Shown here one piece after another: positions 1 to 9,775 of a stretch of DNA of 20,000 nucleotides. The stretch is from contig RBNJ01000004.1 in the NCBI GenBank assembly GCA_003990765.1, forward strand, positions 48,985 through 68,984, in the 5' to 3' direction. Numbering within the stretch: the first letter of the stretch is position 1; each line of letters opens with the position of its first letter. The notes beneath the pieces were generated by a model that worked only from the letters and a program-made list of their open reading frames with translations, did no database searches and was not told the DNA's origin. This DNA is from Jimgerdemannia flammicorona (Eukaryota). Both the position numbers and the translations under genes were made by a program.

Positions 1-575
1 CCTCTACAGTTGAAGTTGTTGAAGAATTCTTGCTCTGAATGTGTAATCTAAGCCAGATCACAATTGAGAATTTATCATGAGCTCAAGAACAACAGTCACA
101 GTATATTAACCAATACTACTGAGAAGAAATCTTTGACATTGGAGAAAAAGTTCTACTAGATATCTGAGAATACCGAGTTGACAACCTCAAGCACAAACCA
201 TCTATAAAGCTAAACAGCAAGTTCATTGGACCATTTGAAGTTATTGTATAAGTCTCCCCTACTTCCTACAAATTGGTGCTACCCAATATCATTAAGGTCC
301 ACCCAGTCTTTAATGTCCAATGTCTCAAGTGATACAATGACAATGACAATGAGCTATTCCTCAACTGGACCACCAAACCACCTGTACCTGTCATAATTAA
401 TGACCAAGAAGAGTATGAAGTTGAACAAATTCTCAACAAATGTGAAAGCAAAAACCACCCTGAGTACCTTATCAAATGGAAAGGTTACCCAATCCATGAT
501 GCCACATGGGAACTCAAGACCAACCTTCAGAATGCTACTGACTTAGTTCAGGAATATGATTCTTTGAACAACTGA
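1..575 (+). pseudogene. pol: pol 3' end: integrase GPY/F region plus chromodomain (premature stops)
   Basis: Frame 3 reads KLNSKFIGPFEVI...YKLVLPNIIKVHPVFNVQCLK* then EEYEVEQILNKCESKNHPEYLIKWKGYPIHDATWELKTNLQNATDLVQEY (from about 408), stop TGA 573-575. Confidence 0.93.
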
Positions 576-989
576 AATCCGAATACTCCGACACCTATCA
601 GTATATACTATATATTACCCCCCCAAACATTATAATTATCATAAACAAAATCAAGAACTCAGTAAAATAAGACAAGAACATTAATCTTCTAGAAAAATAG
701 CAAAACTGAAAGCCAGCCTATTCTCCCCATACCACTGGTGGGAAATGAGGCATAGATATTTAAGAAGATTCTTTAGAGGAAATTCCCCAGCAGTGAATGA
801 TGTCAGAATCACTTCTAGTGTATGGCATCAAACACATGACCCTTTAATATGTGAATCTGATGCATTAGGCAACTGTACTACAAGTGTGTCACTTTCTGAA
901 AAAATGGACTTCACCAGATTTTTGACCTTTTAATCAGTATAACAACACTAGAACAAAATTAGAAGACTCCAATGAGGACATCAAAAGCT

Positions 990-1002
990 AAGAAGGGGAG
1001 AG
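990..1002 (+). other. Polypurine tract of element A
   Basis: AAGAAGGGGAGAG, 1 nt before the TG that starts the LTR at 1004. Confidence 0.85.
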
Positions 1003-1020
1003 TTGTAAGTACACAACTCC

Positions 1021-1155
1021 TAAGCTACTGAAATCACACATAACCCTCTGAATAAGCCACCGAAATTACACACAACCTCTGAACAAATCTGGAAATCACC
1101 TGCTTAATCACGAAGCTGAGTCAAACTGAAGTCACAGTACACAAAGCTGAGTCAA
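1021..1155 (+). repeat. Short tandem duplications at the start of LTR A
   Basis: An approximately 32-bp unit taagcyacYgaaatYacacaYaacc(c)tctgaa occurs twice (about 1021-1084). AAGCTGAGTCAA occurs twice with a 31-bp period (TGAGTCA at 1117-1123 and 1148-1154). Confidence 0.75.
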
Positions 1156-1258
1156 CATGAAGTACCAATTAGGACCAAATACATATATACTGAGTATAAA
1201 GATGTGTCAAAACAGAGAACCAAAACAAACAATAACCACAACTTCCAAATACACAAAC

Positions 1259-2360
1259 ATGACCACTGAGATCTACAACCGCATCCGTACTGACATTTGG
1301 AATACTATTGTCAACCGAGCTACACTCTCTCTGCCCCTCATGAATATCCATAGCCTAGCACCCCTCTACTTCATGGAAGCCCAATGGAATGCCCTGAACA
1401 TGCTTAATGAGGCCCACCGGATTGGACAAATCTCAAGCTACTACTAGATCAGCCACCTCCTGGAAGACATGGTCAAACACCACTATGATACAGATATTAC
1501 CCAGATATCTCAACACCAGAAGCTCATCACCCGCAAACACAGAGAACTCTTTTATGAGTACAGCACCTTTATTCCTCACCTCTGAGTTACTATCAGTGAA
1601 ATGGTTGCTACCCTGTCTTATGGCCAAATTGATGACATGATATAAGAACTCAACTACAAGTACCTAGAATATGTCCAGACCACAGACAGAACCTTCCTGC
1701 ACCCTGATGACCATATCTTGCAAATGTCTCAAGTCAGATATACATATCATGAAGGATGTCTACGATATAATCTGATTTGATGAATATGAAGCAGAAGACA
1801 ATAATCCCTCTGATGCTGACATGATCTCAAGCTAAGGATCTCTACCAACTCTGATCATGCTGCCAATCTTGCTGATGAACTTACAACAATTCATAACTGT
1901 ATATGAGACTTATTGGGACAATGATCACTGATATGAATATCAACCCACATTCACTCTAAATTACTTCAACTATAATGAAGAGATCAGAGAACATAACCTG
2001 TACCTTCAGACAACCCTCAAGACTGAACCAACCACTCTACTACCTGAGCATGAGTGACATGAACCACAGCCACCAGCTTACTACAACCCTGTAACTCATA
2101 GTACTATAACCTATAAAAGGTATGTAGATAGTGAAACTGATGAAAGTGAAGACAATGTATCACTCCTTCACCCACTGATACCTTATCCAGTATACAAGAC
2201 AGATGATGCTATCCTGTGGGATGGTGATGAAGTTCCAATATATTACTACCTCAGCCAATAAGGAGAAGTAATCCATGAACTACTCTTCCTGGATAACTAC
2301 TTCATCAGAAATGATATCATTGATAATGATGTCATCGAAGACTACCCAGACAGCATCTAA
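1259..2360 (+). pseudogene. LTR-A-embedded ORF of unknown function, about 366 aa, decayed
   Basis: Runs from ATG 1259 to TAA 2358-2360 with one frameshift near 1718. All internal stops are explicable as transitions from CAG/CAA/CGA/TGG. The older copy has sense codons at three of them (TAA1833 vs CAA9245, TGA1929 vs TGG9341, TAA2259 vs CAG9670). Confidence 0.75.
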
Positions 2361-2547
2361 ACCTATAAATAGCTTAGCAGTCATAGAATAGTTAGATTAG
2401 TCTTGTATGATGTGACTGTGAACTGACTCAGCAGTCAGATGATCTTGACATATCAGATCACACTTGTACTATGTGACTGCATTCCGACTCAGCAAGGCAC
2501 TTAGTGCTATATCCATATCTAACATAGTCCAGATAGCCCCTCACTAA

Positions 2548-2555
2548 TATAAATA
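2548..2555 (+). promoter_or_regulatory. Candidate TATA box of LTR A
   Basis: TATAAATA, conserved in the solo LTR copy (about 18240-18247, minus). A second TATAAATA lies at 2365-2372. Confidence 0.5.
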
Positions 2556-2672
2556 TCCCCTCTCCCAGACCTCAGAATCTCAGACCTGAATAATCCGAAC
2601 ACAACTCCTGAGCACTTCTCCACAATATTCTTTCACACAACTACTCCTAGTATAGCAATATCATGAATAGCA

Positions 2673-2678
2673 AATAAA
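2673..2678 (+). terminator. Candidate polyadenylation signal of LTR A
   Basis: AATAAA about 120 bp downstream of the TATA, conserved in both minus-strand copies (tttatt near 18108 and 19904). Confidence 0.5.
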
Positions 2679-3036
2679 CCTATTTAATAACCCACAAACT
2701 ACTCTTAAGTAAATCTGCTCCCTGTTAGGTCTCACTCCTAACCCCATCACAAAATTTCCTAATTGGATATTGTCTGTAGCTATATGTCAATTCAACTAAG
2801 CTGGTCTTAGTTTCTTGAACTTTCTGAAATATGGAAAATCCTGAATATCTAGAACTAGTCTGGAAAAGGACTTTGGTTGAGATATCAACCCAATCTTAAA
2901 ATCAATAAGCATAGAGGATGTACTTCATACAAAATTGATCTTGATCATAAGAAAACAGTCTTCCAGAATATTCAGAACTTCCAGAAAAACCTTCCAGAAC
3001 TATGTAACAGTTATCCTAAAAAGCAACTCTCTTACA

Positions 3037-3073
3037 ATTACCCAGATATCTCAACATCAGAAACTCATTGCTT
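3037..3073 (+). repeat. Older family-A LTR (copy A0), left fragment; host of the nest
   Basis: attacccagatatctcaacatcagaaactcattgc matches 1496-1530 and continues after the LINE at 8962. Confidence 0.85.
3057..3073 (+). repeat. LINE target-site duplication, left copy (TCAGAAACTCATTGCTT)
   Basis: Identical to 8945-8961. 15 bp are unambiguous; 17 bp if the TT shared with the poly(T) is counted. Confidence 0.92.
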
Positions 3074-3156
3074 TTTTTTTTTTTTTTTTTTTTTATAGTC
3101 CCTTGGACTCCGTCTTTATTATCAATCTATGAATAAGTATACAATAACACCACCCT

Positions 3157-6100
3157 CTACCCTATCCCCATTGGGGGACCCCTCCCCACCTCTCTATGTA
3201 TAAAGACCACCCTCTCACTAATAACTCCAACTCTCCCACCACTCTGACCACAGATTTTCACCACTAAGCAGCGCCTCCGACCCCCCTGCAGCCCCCAACC
3301 AAGCCACCAGCCTGTCAAGGTATCCTCCATAAGGCACTGCCACTGTGATAACCGGCTCCCCAAGCTCTGTCACCTCCCCTCCTCAAATACAAATAGCCAG
3401 TGACTGGCCAGCCCAACTCAAATAGCCAACGCCCAGCCTAGAGTAATCCACTACTCCCCTACCCCTCCTATCAATCGATCCCTCAGATCCTCCCACCTCC
3501 CCCGTACATCATCACCCCTATGCCTTACCCCCAAGCGGTCCCCAATGGCCCACCAAAAGTCACCCAATACCTCACACTCCTCAAGCCAATGTTCTGGCAT
3601 CTGTACAAATTCTCCTTCCTGCCCTACATTATAGTATTCCTCGCAGTCAAAGCAGCCCCCTACAACAAGGTGACCTGAGCAGAAGTTAAGCATCACATTC
3701 CTCCTCAGCACCCACCACCAGACCACCCAGTACTTCGGCAGCATCCAATTTTTCACCGCAGCACTCCAGGTCCAAACCCCCTGCCAGTCCCACTCCTCAC
3801 CAATTCCAACTCCTTGCCAACTACTAGGCCACAGATCCTGGCCTGGTCCCCTTTGGCATTCGATTCCATCACCAATATTGAACTCCAGTAAAGGCATACC
3901 TCCCAGAAGAATGCCATCCCATCTCCACATTGCCAGGCCCCAAGCCCTCTCCCCCTCATCTCCTTGCCAGCAAATATCAATGCGGTGTGCCCCCTTGGCT
4001 ATCCCCAATGAGAAGCCTTTATATTACAGTTGCCCAGTATTCTGAAGCCCAACTAATGAAAGAAGATCACCAGTCAAGCCTCTTAGTGATGTCCGCCTCT
4101 CCCACACCTTCTGCAGCAGGGGAACCCAGCCCCCTCCATGCAACTCCACCGCCCTCCTAAGCCACCATGCCCTCAAGCAGTGTAGTCTTTTAGGGAAGTC
4201 CACCAGCTCAAGACCACCTCTCGCCACCAGTAGGGATAGTGTCTCCCAACCAATCTGACTCTGTCTGCCAGCCCAAATCCATCCCTTGGCCACCTTCACC
4301 AATCACTTTACCACCCAGGCTGGGAAGTCCAGATAATAAGCCAAATACCACAGTTTTGGCAGCCAGTATACATTCAAAATCGAGATCCTTCCTGCCAGAG
4401 AGAAGTGTCTTCCCCCCCAACTCCACAGGTCCTCCTCCCAAATTCCAATCCTCTGCTCCCACCACAGCCTGGGCAGAACAGACCCATAGATGGACAAAAA
4501 TATGCCCAAGTACTGCACTGCCTCTCCGGTGGGGACAATTGTTCCAATAACCTCTCTGCCCACCAGTCCATTGTCTAGCACTATCGTTTCACACTTGTGC
4601 CAATTCAGCTTCACCCCAGAGTTCTCCTCATACCACTCCACTGTCTTCTTGAGCTCCTCGACATCTGCAGTTACTCCCAAACTAACCACTATGTCATCTG
4701 CAAAGGCTCCAACTTTCCAGCCAATTCCATAGATAGAAAGCCCCACAATCTTCTGCCGAATTCGGTCCATTAGAGGCTCTAAGGAAAGTGTATACAAAAT
4801 GGAGGACAGTGGGTCCCCCTGGGGCACTTCTCTACCCAGAGGGAATGCTACCCCTCTATGCCCATTACACACGAGCGCAGCCCTACTCCTTTCCAGTAGG
4901 CTGACCATCACTGCCCGAAATGAGACTGGAACCCCAATCCTATCCAACACTTTTGCCAGCCAGACTTGCTGCACTCGGTCATAAGCCTTCTCCTGGTCTA
5001 AGAAGACAAGACACCCATCCAGTCCACAGGCTCGAGCACTCTCAATAACACCATGTACCCAGGCTGTGCCATCTCGAATAAGCTGACCCCCTATGAAGCC
5101 CCTCTGCTCAACACCCACAATTTGCTGGGCCATCTTCTGCAGCCTTGCGACCACCACCTTAGTCACTAACTTTCTGTCCATATCTAGCAACATTATTGGC
5201 TGCCAGTTTTTCCAATCCTCTTGCCTTCCCTTGTTCTTATAAAGCAGCATCATCAGCCCAAGATCCTGCTCCCCCACCCATCTCCCTGACTGCAATATGG
5301 AGTCACATAGTGCTGTCAACTCTCCCAATATGCCCGGGACTCCAACCATTCGCTTCCAGAAGTCCCAGGGGAGGCCATCCTCCCCAGGCGCCATACCTGA
5401 GGCTGTTGCGGCAAGAACCTGATGGATCTCGTCCTCTGTTACAGGCATCACCAGGTCACCTAATCCCTCAGCTCATGGAGGGCGCCAATCTTCTAATGTT
5501 TGTTCAATGGCTGTAGCATCTGCCCCACCCTCCTCCTCACTCCATAATCCACTCCATCATGTCTTCAGTATTCCAAGGATATCCTGTACACTATGCACTA
5601 GTCTACCCTCTGAGTCAAGTACCCCTTCCCACCACTGCTGTACCCTTCTCACTCAAAGTGTCCTCATAAGAAACTTGGAAGGCCTCTCCCCTTCCTTTAG
5701 CCCCTGCCAACGAAGCTGCGCCACCAGGCCTTGCACCCTTGACTCTTCCTCTTCCCACAGCACCTGTTGTAGTTCCCCAACCTCTATCTTCACTCTTGTT
5801 ATTCTCCAATCCTCTTCTCTCTCTACTACTGTCAGACTCGCCCACTCCTCCAGAAGTCTAGCCAATCTAGTAGAAGCCCAATGCACTCTCTGCCTTCGCT
5901 GCCTCCCAGCCACTCTGCCAGCCTTGCTCCAATACATCCTGGCCATCTCTTTCATCCTCCTCCACTGAACCCCAATTGTGGCCCCTTCCTGCCGCCAATT
6001 TACCATCTTCATCTGAATGTCATTTGCCCACTCCTTCCACCGGGACTCATCATCCAACAAAGAGGAATTCAGGTGCCAATGTCCAGGCTCATCACTACTT

Positions 6101-6813
6101 CCCCCAAAACACCCCTGTTCCAAAAGGCCCCAGTGGTCTGACCATGGACACCATTCTACCTCTAGCACCTTCCAAACGTCGCGGCCCCAACAGTTGGCTA
6201 TCAGAATCCAGTTAATCCTTGTCCCCAGGCCTCCAGCCCAATGTGTATATACCCTCCTGTCCCCCCAGTATTCCCTACCAGCATCCACCAGCACTCCTAG
6301 TCTTTCAACCTCCTCCCACATCACCAGCCCCCCACTCCTGCTCTCAGCACCCCGTCCTCCATCAGTTCTATCCAGCCATACATCCCAAACCATATTGAAA
6401 TTGCCTCCAAGTATATCCAACCCAGCTTCAGCAAGGATCCCACTCTCCAGGAGCCCTTTCACCCAATCCACATACTCCCCCCACACAGCAGAGCAGTAAC
6501 AGGAGCCAACTGTAACTGGCTCCCAACCTGCACGAATCCACTCACCCCAGACCAGTCTCTCCTCCCAGCTCCTCACATTCTGTATCTCCCCTCTGCCTTT
6601 CCGAATCAGAATCCCAACCTTGCTGTTCCAAATTGCCATGCCACCCCATTCCTTAGTCCATTCCATCCTATCAGAATCATCCTTGCACCTGACATCCTGC
6701 AAGAGGAAGAGATCGGCCTCCAATCCCTTCAACCAAATAAAAATGTTCCTACATCTAACTGTGCCCCTTAGCCCATTTACATTTAAAGAAAAAATGTTGG
6801 TTGTACTGTTCAT
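3157..6813 (-). pseudogene. LINE ORF2: AP endonuclease + reverse transcriptase + C-terminal Cys/His motif, with premature stops
   Basis: SLNVNGL, LLQDV, GGNFN, YTH, SDH (APE); APGEDG, LDQEKAYDRV, PQGDPLS, FADD at 4693-4704, YLG (RT); CFDC...EHWLEEC. ORF-track pieces 5653-6840, 4303-5451, 4024-4302, 3451-4008 and 3157-3363 are all in one frame. Confidence 0.93.
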
Positions 6814-6843
6814 AATAAAATATGGTTTGTTTGCAATCAATTC

Positions 6844-8859
6844 TTACTGCTCTATGCCCATCTCCTCCTGTGCCATGTCCAGATTGTATTCAGCCATCAC
6901 CTCCTCCTCTTCAGCCCTCTGAGCCTCCAGTCCAGCCAATAGCTCATTCATCTCCTCATCAGCCTTCTCCTCAAACTCCTCTCTGTACTTGATGCAAGCC
7001 TCCTGCCAAAGCTACAACCTATGACGCCTGTTCCAACAGTACTCAGCCTTCTCCCCAGCGACAACCGCCAACTCTGCCTCCCTCTCCTTGTCCACCTCAT
7101 ACCCTTCCTCCTTTAGATACACCGCAAGAATTTCCGCCTTCAGTGCCATCGCCACTCCTTCCCCCTGCAAAATTCTCGCCCAGTGCTCATCACCCATTCC
7201 ACACAAGTCCACCTCCCCCAGCTCTTCTGCCGCCAGGTTGTTTATCATCCAGCACATCCAAAGTAGGTTCCCCACCTCCTTCCCACCAGGGGTCGCTGGC
7301 CTCCCTCTGTCCAGCATTGTGGTGTCAGCTCCAGCACTCACATCCTCATCCCATACCTCTGGGACATCCTCCCTGGCCGCCACTACCTGGTCCCCATCCA
7401 ATACCTCCGGAATGCTGAATTTCACCTGCTGGGTCCCCAGCATCATCACATCCTCCCCAGATTTGTTCCTGGAAGCTGGGCCATGCCTGATAAGAGGAGA
7501 AGGGGTGGGGGAGTTCTCCCAGACTTCCTCCCAAACCTCCAAGGTGCCATCTGCATATGGGTTGCTAATCATCACCTCCTTTGCCTTCCCTGTCATTGCC
7601 CCATCATTCCCACTTCTCTCACCAGCCCAGACACTCGCTCTGGCCCCTTCTGCACCCATCTTCATGCTCGCATTCTTCTGTGGTCCATCCCCCAGTTTAG
7701 CCAGCAGATCCTTCTGCCTCTTCTGCCCCTGAGCCCTTTCCCACTGCACCTTGTCTACTTGAATTCTCTTCCCATCCACTATCTCCAGGTGTGCCGACTC
7801 CTCGAAAGTCTTCTAGGCCTTAGCACACCATTCCACAGCCCCATCCAGCTCCTCCAGTGCTTCCAATAAATCCTCCTCCTCTTCTTCACTTCCTTTCACC
7901 CATGTCACCTTGTACAGGAATGCACCCCAAACCATCGCCGAAGGCCAGTCTCTTGTCTTCTCAGTAGCCTCTTTTCTGACCAGCCGAATCCTCACATCCA
8001 TGTCCCCAGTCCTGAGTGTGGTCCCTTCCCAGACCCTGAATCTGATATCTACCACCTTGCCATACTCCGCCATGACATCCTCCACTCTCTTCCTCATCTC
8101 CATCGCCATCACCATGGGGACTCCTTTCACCAGCAGTTGGACCACCCTTGGATCTCATTTCAAACACCTCGCCATCAGAACACACATCTCTCCAACCACC
8201 AGCCCAACCCTCAGTGCCTCCTCCAGTGGTTCAACCTCCTCAAAACCCACCTCAACCCCCTCCAGTCCCTTCAGGAACTTCACCAAAGCCGCTCCAGCCA
8301 CCTGCTTAGTAATAAGCCCCAACACTATTTTCACTGTCACTGCTAAGCCCCGGAAACACAGCATGACTGCGAATGCCGAGATTGACTTCTTGAGTAACAG
8401 AGCCACCACCAGTCCCATTACACCATCTGCCAGGTCCCCAGGCCTTGTGCCCTTCCCACCATTCAGCTCACCATCAGCAGTCCCATCTAGATTTTTTTCC
8501 AGATTGCCCATCACACCCCCATCAGCAGTCCCCGCCCCAGCCGCTACCCCCTCAGCTCTACCCCTATGGCCCTCCAGAGAGGTACCCCCAAGAGGTTGCT
8601 GCCTGGCAGCCTTCATCGGTACCTTCTCCCCTCGCAGCCAGCTCTCCAGTCTAGCCCCTTGCTGACCCCCCTTCACCTTCTCTGCAAAGCTCACCCTGCC
8701 AGACCCTTGCCCTCCAGCTCTACCCCCTCCTCCACCATGGCCTCCCACCAGCAGGCCCCTCATACTTTCCCCCAAGCCAGGGCCCCTCCCCACTTGCTGC
8801 CATTCAAATGCTCCAGGGCCACCCTGCCCAGTATGCACCTCCGGATACTCATTGGTCAC
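6844..8859 (-). pseudogene. LINE ORF1, about 671 aa, RRM-like core, three premature stops
   Basis: Pieces 8155-8859, 7813-8145, 7012-7779 and the tail to TAA at 6844 share one frame. VQLLVKGVP...MAEYGKVVDIRFRVWEGTTLRTG resembles L1/Tx1 ORF1 RRM regions. Confidence 0.82.
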
Positions 8860-8944
8860 TATAATGTTAGTAGCTTTTCTCCAGAAACTGTGTTAAAAGT
8901 GTTGCCAAAGATTGTGTAACCTGAATGTTACCAGAGAAAGGTGT

Positions 8945-9775
8945 CAGAAACTCATTGCTTGTAAATACTGAGAACTCTTTTATAAGTATAGTATATCTCT
9001 GAGTTACTATTGCTGAAATATTTGCTACTCTGTTTTATGACCAAGTTGATGACATAGTATAAGAACTCAATCACAAGTATATTAAGTATATTTAAACTAT
9101 AGACAGAACCTTCTCACACCCTGATGACCACACCAATAAATGTCCCAAATTAGATATATTATAAAGGATATCTATAATATAATTTAGTTTGATAATAATG
9201 AAGCAAAAGATAATAATTTCTCTGATACTGACATGACCTCCAGCCAAGAATCCTTACTAACTCTGATCACTCTGCCAACCTTATTAATAAACTTACAATA
9301 GTTCATAACTATCTATAAGACCTATTGAGATAATGACCACTGGTATAAGTATTAATCTGCATTCACCCTAACTACTTCAACTATAATGAAAAGACTAGAG
9401 AATAAAACCTATATCTCCAGACAACTCTCAAGATTGAACTGACCACTCTACCTTCTGAATATGAATGAAACAAGCAATAGCTATCAGTATACTACAATCT
9501 TGCAACTTATAATGCTATAACCTATAGAATATATATAGACAGCAAATCTGATGAAAGTGAAGATAATACACCTCTCCTTTACTCACCAACTCCTTACCCA
9601 GTATATGAGACAGATGATGCTATCCTGTAGGATAGTGATGAGGTTTCAATATATTATTATCTGAGTAAACAGAGAGAAGTAATCTGAGAACTACTCTTTT
9701 GAGATAACTACTTCATCAGAGATAATATCATTAATAGTAATATTATCAAAGACTATCTAGACAGTATCTAAATTT
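8945..9775 (+). repeat. Older family-A LTR (copy A0), continued; begins with the right LINE TSD (8945-8961)
   Basis: Colinear with about 1516-2364 but much more AT-rich. Interrupted at 9776 by element B. Confidence 0.9.

Larger units (their letters stand above)
1..3036 (+). mobile_element. Ty3/Gypsy chromovirus LTR retrotransposon, family A (3' portion; 5' part outside window)
   Basis: Integrase C-terminus with GPF motif and chromodomain, then a polypurine tract, then an LTR bounded by TGTAAG...CTTACA. Confidence 0.93.
1004..3036 (+). repeat. 3' LTR of family A (copy A1), 2033 bp
   Basis: Terminal inverted repeat TGTAAG/CTTACA. Both ends are independently confirmed by the minus-strand copies (start at 19252; ends at 17751 and 19546). 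Confidence 0.92.
3074..8944 (-). mobile_element. Full-length L1/Tx1-clade non-LTR retrotransposon
   Basis: Poly(A) tail (T run 3072-3094), AATAAA on minus at 3115-3120, ORF2 with APE-RT-Cys motif, ORF1, 85-bp 5' UTR, perfect TSD. Confidence 0.95.

Noticed and set aside
2812-2999. TTCnnGAAnnTTC heat-shock-element-like runs (2812-2824, 2961-2973) and TTCCAGAA repeats
   Set aside because: The perfect three-unit matches are absent from the less mutated A3 copy, so they arose by decay. They also lie downstream of the poly(A) signal.
2877-3098. Similar ORFs at 2877-3098 (+) and 19433-19705 (-)
   Set aside because: The similarity only reflects LTR copies. They start at TTG and run across the LTR end into unrelated flanks.
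3930-8919. Many long plus-strand Ser/Pro-rich ORFs (e.g. 7910-8665, 7088-7732, 6017-6499)
   Set aside because: Antisense shadows of the G-rich LINE ORFs, with low complexity and no motifs.
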